This document shows, piece after piece, positions 33,001 through 47,230 of a DNA stretch of 64,000 bases (its first letter is position 1; the number at the start of each line of letters is the position of its first letter). The position numbers were made by a program, and so were the translations under genes. Source of the DNA: Trichodelitschia bisporula (Eukaryota); NCBI GenBank assembly GCA_010356995.1, contig ML996689.1, positions 1,382,691 to 1,446,690 of the forward strand, given 5' to 3'. The notes below the pieces were generated by a model that saw nothing but the letters and a program-made list of their open reading frames with translations, searched no databases and was not told the origin of the DNA.

Positions 33001-35883
33001 ACACCTAAAACCAACATCCATGGACCATGGACGCCAATCTAGGGATTTGGGGGAAAGGGAGGCTGGGGCTAGCTTGCATTGAGCTGCGGAGGAGAGATCA
33101 CCAGTAACAGCAATTCGAGGGCGGGAGAAAAGAGTCTGGGGATTCTTGGAAGACATGAATTAGGAAGGCTTGGCCCTGAGATGCAGAAAGCTTGGCGCCG
33201 CGAGCACGAATTGAGGAATTTGAGATGCCGCGTCGGGCGCGTCGGCCGGATGGGGGATCGCGACAGCGGGCTGCAGAAAGGAAAAGCAGAGACCCACGGC
33301 AGCGGCCGCAGTGGGTCTGGCTGATGCAAGCATCTAAAAGGAAAAAGGCTTGGAAGGGCTGGCAGAATGAAAGATAAACTGATATGTAGCGGTTGTCGTG
33401 TCGGCCAACCGGGACGCGGTATGCACGGCTCGGGGATCTAGTGTCAGCAGAAACCTCTCCGTGGTGTGCATGCTTCAATAGGGCTTTTCGACCTTCGGGA
33501 TAGAAGCCGCGCCAGGAAGCGCGCCAGACTCTTGGTCTATCGCTGGACATTCTCGCAGGACCAAACGGATTGCAAGCTGCAGCGCAGCAACGGGTTGTCG
33601 AGGAGACTAGAGATGTGAACCGGGGAGGACACCTGCAGCAAAGGTGAGGGAACACCGCAGGCCCAAGATGCAGCATCCTAGGGCAGAGACCTCGGCGGCG
33701 ATTCGGCGGCGGGTGAGGAGAGTGGAGGCAATGCAAGGCCGTCGTAATGTGGGGACGGGCTGGCTGTTGGCTGGCGGGCGCTAGGGATGGTGCTTGTTCA
33801 ACGGGTGAGTTCCTTGTCATTGATATGTCTTGCCAGTGGCTACTTCTTGTGCTCCAATGCATCAAATGGGGGTGACTTGAAGGTGGGTAGCTTAGAAACA
33901 GAGTCTCGATGAGATCCCTTTCCCCTGTACGTTGTAGTGATGATGGGAAGAAGAGGTGGAAGTCATGATGTACTCATGGGAGGACCGGGAAATACCAACC
34001 ACTGCCAAGAAGTCGACGATATCTTGCTCATTCCCGTCCACGGCAGGAATGAGGCCAAGATATGCTGGGCAGAGGTCACTGCGCAAGCATCTTTTGCTTG
34101 TCTAGCACACCATCACTACGTCTGTCTTCGTACCACTACCCTGGTAGGGCAGAATAACTGAAGGCTGAAATGTTACTTTTCCCTATCGACAAAATTCCAC
34201 AATCCATCTCAGCCCCCCTGTTCCGCTGGCGCAGCGCGATGTGGGTCTCCAGGTGCTTGGCTTCTTCCCTAGTGGGCCTTGTTCAGGTTTAAAGCCGGGG
34301 AAAGGTAGGTAGATGTCCAATGACCGAGGCCGGTGGCTGCTGATGCCGTTCTTGAGGTCTTTGCGGTCTTTGTGCCTCACAGGCAGTTTGCCATCATCCG
34401 CAGCCCGCAACCCGCAACCCGCTCCCGCACTCTGTCTCTTCTCTCACAAGTCACCGCAGCTTGGCAGCGGTGCATCACAGCACACCACAGCCAGCCCGCA
34501 ACGCCGACCTCTTGTCTGCCAAAGGAGAGGCCCTTCCGCTACTAACCTCCTCCTACAGTGTTTACCACGTATTCCCCAACGTCTCCGGTTTTCCCGCTCT
34601 CAAGCTTGCCCTCTTTTTGAACCCTTGGCCAGCTTTCTACCCCAAGACCCTTCCTAAACCCGAATCCGACAAGCTTTAGCATAGGCCCACACCTCTCTTT
34701 GCTCTCCACATCTTCGCATCTCCACTTCCTCTTCCATAGCGGCCCATCCCACCCCTTCACTATGGCACACCCACCCCCACCCCACTCCACCCACCCCCCA
34801 ACTGCCCAAGCCTGCTCTCACCACCACCACCAAAACACTCCCCCCCGCCTCCACACCCCTCCACCACTCGCACATACCCCTCCTCCTCCCAAAAGGACCT
34901 CCTCGTATCTGGCAACGTCGACCCTGGACGCCTTCTAACTGGGTATCTTAGTGCCAAGCATAAGCCTATGATGTTAGCCTGTCCAAAAGCCCATTCTGCC
35001 ACTCTGCCACATACTGTCGACGTCAATAGGAAATCCCCTGGACCCCAAGCCCTTTTCCTCACCGTTGGAGCGTGCTCACCCACAAGATATCGATGTCACT
35101 TCCTGCAACTGCCCTCAGTGCGTGGAACGGCCTTGTATTTATCAATGCCCCGTCCCCCCCCTCATGGAATTTTGAACATCACTTCCTCGAAGACCTCACA
35201 CGCTCCAACAAGCGTATACCCCGTTGATCATTATTGATTCAAAAGCATCTTAGGCAATTCACTCCTGTACTATTAGCTCTCCCGAGTCTCTTCGGTACAC
35301 TCCAGCACACTGTCCATTGCATATCGCACACTCCTCCTACTCCCCACCTCACCAAGCGATCACTATCAAACTCCAATCCCGATCATCCCTACCGCTTCTA
35401 TCTAAGCCGTTCTCTTACTCGAACATTTCTCCTCTGCGCCTCGTATCGACAAGAACACCATTCCTCAAGGGAATTGGAACCAACTTCCCCACCGCTCTTC
35501 GACCACTCACGGACTCACCTCAGCATCCTGAAACGCTAGCAATTCGCAGGCCCTGCCACCCGCGTCACTGGTTCCGCACCTCCCCCCCATCCCCGTTCTT
35601 TACGCCCACTCGAAGCCCCCAAGGGTCACGTTCCTTGTGCAGCCCCAGCTTGCGCGATCTGCAAGTACAAGGCCGGACAGCAGGCTTTCCCTCTTCGGAT
35701 TCTGATCAGCATTCTACTGTCGAGGAACCCTAAAAGGCACGCTGATCCCCACTCTCACACCTGCCTCCCCACGTTTCTCCAACTCAAACATCTCCGACAA
35801 CACGGTCTGTGAAAAAAGATCGCTCCAAAATTATTCCGCAGGATACACCAACTCGCTGTTCCTTTCCCTCCCAAGTCATTAGA

Positions 35884-37076
35884 ATGGCAATGGTCGATAA
35901 CCGCCAACAACAATCTTCCCTCCTCGGCTCAATGCCTTACGATCCTCCCCGCTATCAAATTCCCGCGCCGCAATTCACCAACCCTTGGGGAAGCAGCGTG
36001 TCCAGTGCACCATCATCGCATCTGTACTCGTCGACGTCAGGGTTGGATGGTTCCTCTCAAGCACATCAGCAACAGCAACAGCGCCCCACCAGCATATCAA
36101 TGCCGTCCTTCAGCATTCCGGTCACCGCGGCTTCATTAGGAGCAGGTAGCTCACTTCCCAACGGCCTGTTTGATCTGCAGAACCCCATTGACACGTCACA
36201 AGATATACTTGGCGGACCCCGCTCGTATGCTCCGCAGTTCACCACTTCGGGTCCCCAGAGCTATGCTCCCGCTACGACAGCTGGCTACAGTAACGATTAT
36301 GCCAGCTCCTCCCGAGGGTCGTTCGCATACCAGCAGGAAGCCTCTCGACGCTCCTCTCATCCGTCAGTGCCCTCTGCAACGTCAACCCTTAACGAGCCAT
36401 TCTTTGATCACCGCCAACGCCCGAACTCCATGATTGACTTCAGCAGACTGCAGGCGACTGCGCAGCAACGGCTCGACTTTGGTGACGCTGTCGATGCTAG
36501 CCGCACTATTCTGGCTATGAACCAAAACGACATCACCCCGAGGAACATCTACGGTTCTCAAAATTCGGGCAGAAGCTCCACTGATTCGTACGGGTTCCCA
36601 TCGACCCACTCTGCGCACTCATCCATCTCGTCTGCGAGCACCTACCCCTATTACAGCGGCTCAGTGGCAGACTCCTCTGTCTCCGACTACAGCTCCGCCT
36701 CGGAGTCCGTAGACCTCAACTCACGTACTCTTCCCCGACCTTCGACCATGATGTCAAACATCCCCCCCGCACCTCAGTCTATGATGGGCCAGTTCAGTTC
36801 CAAGGTGTCGTCGAACACGCAAAAGAAGCACAAGTGCAAGGTGTGCGACAAGCGCTTTACCCGGCCAAGCTCGCTCCAGACGCACATGTACAGCCACACT
36901 GGAGAGAAGCGTATGTCCTTTGCACTGTCCCTCGAGGATACATATGCTAATATCTCACAGCTTATGCTTGCGAAGTCGAGGGTTGCGGCCGCCACTTCTC
37001 TGTCGTGTCGAATCTGCGGCGACACAAGAAGGTGCATAAGGGCGAGCACGATCAGCCGTCCCCCGAAGAAGCTTGA
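35884..37076 (+). CDS. mtfA: C2H2 zinc-finger transcription factor, MtfA-like
   Basis: Ser-rich N-terminus, then PQSMMGQFSSKVSSNTQKKHKCKVCDKRFTRPSSLQTHMYSHTGEK/PYACEVEGCGRHFSVVSNLRRHKKVH. Intron 36911-36960. The symbol rests on the recalled finger region of Aspergillus MtfA. Confidence 0.85.
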
Positions 37077-40000
37077 GGCGCGATTGTACATTTTACTTTC
37101 ATACGCAAGCACTGGGATGATGTATGCTGCGACACGTTGTCGACAGTCAGAGAAAGATGGGGTACTACTTGGTGCTTAGATTCCATCGCTTAATAGCCCA
37201 ATAGTCTGGCTTTATTTTTGGCTTTTAGACGGTCGCTACAGATACCCGGGAGGCGTGGAAAGCGTTTTCTCAGAACGGTTGCTTTTTGGCGTTTGGGTCA
37301 TCCGAACTTGGGTTCGGAACTGTATTGGCGGCCCCTCTGGCGCTTTGGTGCCAGGGGCATCTGGAGTTTGGCTGTGCAGCTGACGGACTATTGCGGCCCT
37401 ATTTGCTTTTGCTTCGGCCTGTATTATTATGTAGCTCGTGGGCTACGCGGGGGGATTTTTGCTTCGTATGATCATGTCCAGGCGGAGAGGGGTGGCCCCT
37501 TTGGAATGGCGGGGATCTCTCATTGTACGATATGGCACGGGCTGGTCAATGGGATAGAGGATGAGCTCTGGGCAACAGAGCAAGTAGTGGCAGTAGGGCA
37601 CAACACAGTTGACATGCACTGTTTAACGTCGCTTAATTCTAAATCTTAATCTCAACGGCGCGCTCCGAGCGTTGCAAAGCTACTACTGAGCTCTCGGCTC
37701 TCGAATCCTTAGTCCGTTTGACGTCAAGTGAAGGGAGAACTCATATTGTGGATTAAGGAAGCCATCAACTACTCGTCCACGTGCCATTGAGGCATAATGA
37801 AGCCGTGAGTATCGATAGACCGCGCAAAGAAGTTGATCTCTATGAAACCTCGCATGCCAGCAGCCGCAAGAGCCTACCCTCGTGTCCGACCCTAAAATCG
37901 CCCCTTCCCCCACCACCCTAGCATCCGACCACCCACTACCCTCCACGCGAGTAACAAATGACGAAATTCCCTCGGACCCCTGAGCTACCTCCGCACAATG
38001 CTCCGCCTCCCCGAGCTCCAACCATTCATACTGTGGTACAATCTATGCTACCCTTGACCGACCCCGCATCGTAGTATGCATGTAGGGTGCTAATATTCCA
38101 TCCACGGCCCAGGAGCAGGAGCAACCACCGGTAGCCCTGCCGTGAGCGTCATCGCAGCGACCGGGGAGGCGGAGGATCACGAATGCGGGATGCGCAAGGG
38201 GACAAGGCGAGCGGTCGCCTTGCGGAGCTCGAAATATCCTTCGTCGCTCGGAGCTATGGGGGGGATTTGCCACTCACGCCCTGCGGACGTGGCCACCTAC
38301 GTATGCGGGTGTGCCGACGAGGCTGATTGCCCTGCGTTTTGCGCTGCGACGGTGGGGGGTGGTGGTGGGGGGAGAGGGGAGGTTCACGGTTTGCCACTGG
38401 CGCAGGGCGGGGCTGGTTGGTTGGTGTGGGTGAGGAGTAGGAAGGGGGTCTGATATCATCGGCTGGGAAGAGGCAGAGATGGAGTTCATTTGGAGGCCTG
38501 AATTGAGGGGATTCCTCCGGTGTAAGAAGTTGTTGCGTGGGTGTGTGGCATGCGGGCAGGGATGGGATTGTGGCAGGTCCGCGGGTTTGACGTCAGGCTT
38601 GTGGGACGTGGGCGCACGGGTTGGGTGTGTTGCACCTTGCACTGTGCACTTGGGCTGCGCGGGATGACTTCAGGGTCCAAGGCTAGTGTGGGGTGGACTG
38701 GATTGGGTTTGCCTGTCGGCCAGCAGTGCGATCTCCAGACGAATGAGAGAGCATGCGACATCTCGCTACCTTTCGAGCTTCGGAGAGGGCATCACCGACG
38801 AAAACCCATGCCGCTTTTCAAGTACTGCTTGATTGCGCATAGGGAAACCCCTACAATCCCCTCGTTCCGCCCTGCGCATCCCTCTCCTTCCCTCCTAGCT
38901 CATGGTCGTGGCAGCGGGCTCTTTATCCGTCGCTGCCTCGGGCCCGTTGAATCTGGTTTTCAAAGACGCCATTTCAACGGTCCAGTATTCGCTGTGCTTG
39001 TCGCCGGTTTTCCTGTTTTCTTGCCTGCTCGAGATGCAGCGCGATGCGTGTGGCTTACCGGGGTGGGCCTGGTTCGCAACGCCACGGGCTGGCGGGAGAG
39101 CAACATGGGATTGTGACTTTGTTGTCTACGGAAAAGGCGTGTGTTGCCTTGCTCCCATACAACTGGCCTGGTTGGCGCTGCTGCAGTCGCATTCTCCGCT
39201 GCGGAGGTACCCCCTCTGCGATACGGACAACATAATATCTCTCACCGACTTGATCGCCTCGAAACTATGCAAATAATTGCAATTCAGAGGTGATAGATCT
39301 GAAGTGTCGTCATCCCGGGAAATGCCCAACCGAAGCCGATGCACGTGCCTTGAGCTAATTGAGACGGCGAAATTGAACCGCCATCACAGCAAAGGAGGGG
39401 ATCCTTCTGTGTCAATGTCTACACAGTGATGAATTTTTCTCCAAGCTCTGAATTCGTAGTCCCGAGTCTCAATGCCTTTGTTTAGACTTCTGGACTCGTG
39501 AAGTTCGACTCTTCTTACATCTAGCCAAAGGCAGATCGCCGATACCCGAGAACTGACGTATCTCTAGAGAAACTGGGCAGATGCTGAGAACTGCGATTGC
39601 AGATCCACAGGAACATCAAGATCCGTCCAACTCAACCAACGGTTTAGCTCCAATCGATAATTTCTCTACCGTTGAATGCATCGCTATCAGAATCAGGAAG
39701 CCGTGAATGACGCGCATTGGCTCCATTGGCTCCGACCTGTGATGGACGAGACCAACGGACAGCTTCGGCTTCACTGTCCAGATAGATTCGAACCACAGAC
39801 GGCTTGCGGGGAAGCTGACGATATTCCCCGCACCTTTCTCCACATCTATCGCAACGAAGTCATCTCAATGACAAGATCCCGCTGCCGGTTGCGCATAAGC
39901 TTGCTTCAGATCGGACCGGTCGACACTCGGCGCCTGACGCCGAGGCGGTAGCGTAAGCCCAGGTCCTCCCCCTCCCACACCTACCGTACAACGCTCAACC

Positions 40001-42559
40001 GCCCGCCGACTACTGCGGTAATGCCGTAGGTGGAGCGCCGTTACGATGCGCTTCCTAGAATTTCCGGGTTTCCGTGCCGGCTAATACGATAACGGGTTCG
40101 GAGGCCGAAAAGGCTGTCAAAGGAGTGAGCTGAAGACCCCAACAAATCAACAGATTGGAGGAATGGAAGAACCTATTGCTTCGCACGGTTACATCGTCCG
40201 AAGCATCAACCAGATGCCTGGGTTCGAATTCCGCCCCGGATGGTATGCCAAGATAGCCGACTGGGTGTCGTTGCCCTTTGGGCTCCAACTCTCCCCCTCC
40301 TTCCCCGCACCGACGGCGAGCCGGCATCATCCTCACGGGGGCTCAAGGCTACGGCTTGAGGGGTTCGGACATCCGGCCGGGATCCGAGGCACCCAGGCAC
40401 TAGGTGGAGCTCTCCTTGCTCGAAAAAAATACCACTCACCGCCCGAGTACCGGAACGCGGCTCGCGCCACAAGCGCCCCCGATAGCTTACCGCAAGATCG
40501 TACACCCTGCAAGCCGACCCTGCAGCCCAGTCGATCTCAAACAAAGCAAATCAGCACGGTTGCCCTACCAGACCGAAGTGAGGCGGCGGAAGGGGCGTGA
40601 AGAATAACTCGAGACACCCTCTCTCAATCCAGTCGTTGACTTATCGCATGCCCAGCCTTAGCCTTGGCTCAGGTAACTAGAAATTGGGCCTTGGAGCCTC
40701 ACCCTTTTCAACTTCTGAAACCGCGATCAAGTGGCTAACGCTAAGGCCGGCGGGAATAAGGGCCCGTGCCCCATGGGAATTGAGGTGCTTGGAACTGGGG
40801 CTTGGCCCACTCATCGGAATCCCGCGACTGGCGCAGCGCGCTGGAGGTGTTTTGTACGAACGCTGGGACCACCTGCTTGTGCGCTTTGGTCATGGCGGCT
40901 GCGGCTAGGGGCTGGTTGGTCGATTGGTGGGCGGGAAGCAAACAGAGTTTAGGAGGCTGGCGCGCGCATAGCGCCCAAGGCTAAACTCATCTCAACCCAA
41001 GCTCTGCCGTCCGCCGGCCCCCAAAACGGTCATGCTGAGGGAGCCATAGGTTAACCTGACGACCTTTGATGCTTGCTGGGGGGACCCCACACGCTAATTT
41101 GCTAACCCATTCAACTACAACAACGTCCTGGAAATTGTGAATGAGATTCTCAGCCTCGTAGTATTGATTAGCTTATTGTCTCCGAATTGTTCTCCGCTGC
41201 GATCAGCGCTCTGGTACTTGGATCATACAGCGCGTCCCCGTCGCATGGACTTGGCGCTTCTTGCGCAGTATTGCCTACATTATGCCAAGACATGGGATAG
41301 GATCAAAAGTTGCAGTGTTGCGAAGCCTCAAGAGATGAGATCCAGGCCGGGCTGCTGACAGGACAAGCCTCAAAAGCCTCTGACAAGAAGTTACCAAGTA
41401 GAAGGATATCAGATATCATCTTGGCGCTCCATCCCGTGTGTCCAGACTTCCGAGTGCCGCGATGTCCCGGAGACGGTCAACCCTCCGAAGTCTGTGCGTC
41501 CGGGCCGTTGGAGCGTAAACATGGTGGACTCGGACCAGTGCCCCACACCTCCAAAGCTTCTTCACGAGGCGTTTTTGGGCCAACGCCAGATGATCAGCAG
41601 GCCGCAGCGCCGTCATTTGCTTTTTGGCCTCATCCCTTTACCTCGATCTGGAAACCTCCCTTCAGAAGGCGGTGTCAAGGGTTTCTTGCGGTATGCATCT
41701 GTGCTCAGACCCCGCCCCGCTGAACCCGCAATCTCCAATGCCAGCCTGTGTGGCTTGCGCCTCCGCCGGCCGCCCACAGGACGCAGGGCAGCAAAAAAGC
41801 AACACATCCTCGAAGGACCGTGCCGCCATCCCCCGGTCGTCTTTGGGCCTTAAAAGTGGTAAGGGTGGTGTGTGCGCTGGATGAGGGTTGCCAGGCTGTG
41901 GGAGCCAAGACGGCGAGGCTACCTGATGGCGGTGAACGCGCTGGCATCTAACGTCGCGTGCGGGACGGCAGTGTCCTCGGCATCAGTTACTCCGTAGCTC
42001 TTGCAACATACGAGAACACCGTTGGGCAAGGCCAATGTGATGGCCGAGGCCTTGAATATTGTTGCCAAGTCTTGAAAACGTTGTCCTATCAAGCACACAA
42101 GCAGCCTTCTTCAGCCGGACAGACTCGACGGTAGCCCGGATGTGTATATTAGTTGAGATAGTGTGGGTATTTGGAAACCTCGCCCCAACCTGGCATGATC
42201 ATCAAGTCGCCCTGCGCGACCACGAGACTGCCAGTCATCCGTGCCAATCACTGCACCGTACTCCTGTCACCGGCGACAATCACACCCCACTTTCCATATC
42301 CTCGGATCATAATCGTATATTCCATCTGCACGGCGAATGTGAGGGAAGGCGGCCTGTCATCGCTGTCCCGTATAGAACTAGACCCTCGAGTGGGAGCCCC
42401 TGACGGGCGCATTGAGAGGCCGGGTGTCGGGGGCCTCGAGACAACTCTACTCATCTCCAGTGTTGAAACGCGCACGGAACCGGAGAGGATCAACACACCA
42501 TACCACGAGTCCCCAATAGGCATGTCTGACCGAAACTCCCTTGCTGCGAGGCGGAAAGA

Positions 42560-45489
42560 TCACGCGATATCCACAAATGTCCGCTTCCTCTTTCCCTTCG
42601 CCTCATGTTCCTCCTCTGCCTCAGCATCCTCGAGTGTCGAGACGCCCCTTTCCTTGACTCGCTGCTCCACGAATTTGATGGCTGCCAGATTGTAGCCTAG
42701 CAGGTCTTTGACTTCGCCCAAAGTTCGGCGAAGATCGGATCGTATGTTTTCCAGTGGAGCCTTGAGCTCTTTGCTGGCGACGATCTGGCGCTGGTGCGTT
42801 TTGAGCATGAAGAAAAGAACCCGACACACGAGGGTAATGTCCCACTGCTTTTGGACCCAGATAGTGATGAAAGTGAAGAGTGCTGGGAGCACCGAGAACG
42901 GGAGCACTAGCAGTGCGTCGTGAAGTTGCGCAGCGGGGATCTTCGACAACGTGTTGAGGACGTTTCGCTCAGCGCTGATCCCACCCAGAGCCATGTACAA
43001 AGGATCTCTCTGCGGTGGTGCCATGTTGGGATTCGTGGCCTTGCGGGTTTCCCAATCTCGCACGACGTCCAGATCCTCCATACCAAGCTCCAAAGCTTCC
43101 ATAATTTTCTCACCGGCCGTCAGCGTGGCCGTGGTCTGCTTCGAGGCCGCCGTAGCCTCGTCGTCCTCGCCCTCCTCTCCATCCGCTTCCAGGGACGCCG
43201 TCAAAGTCTGTTCGTACATCTCCTCCAACTCCTTTTCGCGCTCTTCCTCAAGGAAGATGGGCTCATCCGTTTGATTCCAAACTCTTATGCTCTTGTCATG
43301 AGAGGCAGTAACTACGAACTCTCCAGTTTTGCTGACAGCCATAGCCCAGACCTCGCCGTGATGCCCGTCCATCTTCTGAACCTGCTCGAACTTGTCGCCA
43401 TCCCAAGATTTGATAAGGCGGTCCTTGCTGGCGCTGAAAAAGTGGTGGATATCATCTTTGGAAGCTGGTTGAGGAATAAAGGAGACTTGCATGATGCTGT
43501 CACTGTGTCCGAAGAACGCCTTGTGGCAGTCGCCAAAGTCCAGGCCCCAGAGCCGGATGTTCTTGTCGGCGCTGCATGTTGCAAGCAGCTTGCTGTCGGA
43601 GGAAATGGACATGTTGAGGACTGGGAGCTTGTGCCCGTAGAGATTGAGGAAAAGCTTGAGCGAGTCGTTAAAGAACACCTTGACGGTATTATCAAGCGTT
43701 GCTACCGCCAGCAAACGGGCATCAGGGGAGAAGCACACACTGAGGATATCGTCGTTGACCTTCAGGGTGCGGGAGTGCGCTAGCCGTAGCCGTGGAGAGG
43801 TACGCTTGGTGCCTGGAATCTCCTCTTGGACAATCTCGAAATTCCAGAACTTCGCGGACTTATCAGCACTGCCGCTGACCAAAGACTTCCCGTCAGGGTG
43901 TATCTTCAGCGACCATATAGCGCCATCATGCGCCTGCAGCTTCTCAATGAGAGAGGACGACGCAATGTCAAAGAGCTCCAGTTCCCCTGATTTAGTGCCA
44001 ACGACCACAATCTTGTCGCCGGGTAGAAAGGAGCAGCAGAGGGCATACCCGCATTCAAGAGTCCGCAAGCAGGTTCCAGTTTTGACATTCCACACTTTCA
44101 ATGCACCGCTAGAGGCAGTTGCTAGCATGCGGTCGTCGGAGCTCAGTGCCACGGAGCGGACGTCGGTCCTGTGTCCCGGCAAATCAACTGAGAACGTCCT
44201 GGAGTACTCCGGAAGCTCATCGGTCTTAGACCTCTTCGCCTTATCACGAGTGCTCACGTCGTAAACCTCCAGAAGGTTGTTGGTACATCCAACAAGGATT
44301 TGCAGGGACTTGTGAGATCGGCTGTCAACCCAGTCTACCGACCTGACTTTTCCTCCGGTCCGAACAATGGTAAAGGGAGCGAAGAACTCGAGAATTGGGG
44401 GTGACGCGTTCTCGTCATCCGAGTCTCTCCCCATGGGCACGTCCTCAACCCCGGTCGCAGCCGCCTTCTCTCTTCTCCTCTTGCGTTTCCGCGACAGGCT
44501 CTTCCGCACTTCCTCTTCGGACCGTATCTTGAAAACCTCAACCGCCTTCGTCGATCCGTGGATGGCAAAGTAGTCCGCCTTGGGGTGAAATGTTATGCCG
44601 GTAGTTTTCTCGTTGATCTGACGGTGGGTGGCTCCCCGGTTAACCAAGTACCGCCGGGTGGTGCTCTCCGCGAAAGACTTTCCGGAGGCTGCTAATCCGT
44701 CCAAGTCAATGGACCATACGATGAGTTCACCACCAGACCCGGCTGTTATGCAACCGCTCATGTCTGGAGAGACGCCCAATGCGCAACAGTCGCCCAGAGT
44801 TCCGGGTGATATGTGAGTGTCTATGCAATGCTGGGATGTGACATCCCAGACTTTCAGGAGAGCATCCTTGCTTGCAGAGAGAATGAAAGCCTCCGAGTCT
44901 GTGTTGTGGGCAGATCCACCTTCCATTGCTTCGGTTTTGGGAACTATCCAGTGTAGCCCCACAATTTGGTCCTTATGGCCTCGGAGTTTGAACAGGCCAA
45001 CTTCAGCAACCAAGTCCCATACGATGATGTCAGTGTCCTTTGCGCCGCTCGCCAGGCGCACTCCGGTGCTATCGAATACAAGTACGGTGACTGCAGATTT
45101 GTGGCCGTTAAAGGTGATGATCATTGAATCGATCCGAGAGTCCCAAATCCGAATTGAGCCATCCTCGTACCTGTTCTGAAGTCAGTGATTTGGAAAGGGG
45201 ATTACGACTCGATATTTGCGCAAACGTACCCGACGGCATACACGTCCGGATCCACGGCGCTCCGAGCAATGGCGGTTACCTGCGCATTGCAGGTGCTGTC
45301 CCTCCACCGACTGAGTAGCTCCCCCTTCTTCACGTCCCACCGGAGAACCTCCTCGTTCGCGCCGACAACAGCCTGTCCAGCGCCGGTCGCACGCGCAGAG
45401 GCATCTGGAAGGGAGATAACATTCGAGGATGCTGAGTTGACGAGGCCAAAGGTTTGTGCAGCCTCATATTTGTTGTAGGATTTGACCAT
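42560..45489 (-). CDS. DIP2: U3 snoRNP WD40 protein Dip2/Utp12
   Basis: Starts MVKSY. Many WD repeats (GHKSAVT..IIVWD, GHRTDVR, LYGHKLPVL..WGLDFGDCHK) and a C-terminal Utp12 domain. Intron 45229-45171. Confidence 0.95.
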
Positions 45490-45683
45490 GGTGAATTGCG
45501 GTGCTGATTGCTGCTGGAACTTTTTTCGAAAAAGTTAACCCCACGCCCCGGGATCGGAAAATCGTTCCGCTCCTCGTAGGGCTGAGTGCGTCAACCCAAA
45601 CCGCACCTCCCAAGACAAGCTCCGCAAACAACATCGTCATCTAGCTCCGGTTCTCTCCCGAAAACCCCCACTTTGTCGCCAAA

Positions 45684-46931
45684 ATGCTTCTCCTCGATTA
45701 CCAAAATGTACTGATCGAGTCATTGCTTAGGGATCGGTTTTCCGGGTATGCGCCACTTTCCCCACTCCGCAGGTGCTTCGCTGACAGCCTCAAGAGCCCC
45801 GCCCGTCTCCATTGACCAGGTCGTGTCAGATTTTGACAATGTCACGTTCCACATTTCCACCGCGGAGTCGAAGACGAAGATCCTGATATCTATATCAGTC
45901 AAATGCTACAACGAGCTGCTGCAGTATGGCGCCCAGGCGGTGCTGGAACGGGAATATGGTCCGTACATCGTAGCACCTGAGCAAGGGTACGACTTCTCAA
46001 TCCAGGTGGATCTAGAAACCCTCCCTGAGGAACAAGGTTGGAATTACGAGCCCGGTTGCTCTTACCTCGCTGAACAGTACAGCTGCAAAGGATGACCTAA
46101 TCCGGAGGATCTCCCTGCTCAAGCGGAACGTGATGGCCGCCCCTTTTGAGCAAGCCTTCGATGAATTCGAGCAGCTGAGGGAAGAAGCCGCCAAATACAC
46201 GTCGGAATCTGCCCCTCAAGGTGTTAGGGAAGGCGGCGCAGTGCGCGCGATCCATTATCGGAACGAGGAAGCCATCTTCATCAAAGCCAGCCATGACCGC
46301 GTCACCGTCATCTTCAGCACGATCTTTACGGACGAGACAGACCGTGTGTTTGGCAAGGTGTTCTTGCAGGTTAGCTCTGCCAACATTCTAGATGCATGTA
46401 CATGGTTTCTGATACAGTCGCAGGAATTTGTCGACGCCCGTCGGAGGGCTATCCAGAACGCTCCGCAGGTTCTCTTCAGGAACGACCCTCCACTTGAGCT
46501 GCAAGGCATCCCTGGCTTAGCGGCCGGCCAGGGCGAAGTTGGCTACATCACTTTTGGTATGCTCTCACCTGGCCTCCTGTACAATGATGTTAATGACTTG
46601 TAGTCCTATTCCCTCGCCACTTGACTAAGCAGCGCCGGGAAGATGTCATCTCCCATATCCAGACTTTCCGCGACTACTTCCACTACCACATCAAGGCATC
46701 TAAGGTTGGTGCCCTCGCAACTTCTATCACACCATTACTAACAGCGTTATTTTAGGCGTATATTCACTCCCGGATGCGTCGGCGGACTGCCGATTTTCTG
46801 CAAAGTGCGTATGGTACGACCCTGGTTTATCACCGGCTAATATCCGTCTAGTTTTGCGTCGTGCTCGTCCGGATAATGAGGAGAAGGAGAGGAAGACTGC
46901 TAGTGGGCGGACTTTCAAGGTTCAGACGTGA
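45684..46931 (+). CDS. ARC35: Arp2/3 complex 34-kDa subunit
   Basis: [70 protein letters not shown]. Six introns: 45746-45794, 46037-46082, 46370-46423, 46557-46603, 46705-46755, 46805-46851. Confidence 0.96.
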
Positions 46932-47230
46932 ATTGGAGGCCTTTGTGTAGATGCACATCCTGGGATTACTCTACAGCAGGTGTTTGGGGCAGACAGGTAG
47001 GCCGGGATCGGATCATCTGCATGATGATGGCAGATGTGGGTAGCTGCGTAGATTCTTTCCAGCGCCGCACTGTAGCGTTATTGATCTTTGCCTCAATCGA
47101 TGGGCCTTGCGTGTTACTGGAGTTGCAAGGTGCACAATTCAAACGGGCTTGTATCACGTGATGGATGTCCGACCACCTTTCAGCCACTCAACATCCGGCG
47201 ACACCAACTTGTGAACTCCATCCAGGCAAC

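Noticed and set aside
30424..33865. ORFs of 207-255 aa upstream of mtfA
   Set aside because: Mostly non-ATG starts, Arg/Pro/Ser/Cys-rich non-coding-like composition, and no domains or splice-supported structure.
40219..40240. tRNA T-arm-like GGGTTCGAATTCC
   Set aside because: No D arm, anticodon stem or acceptor stem can be built around it.
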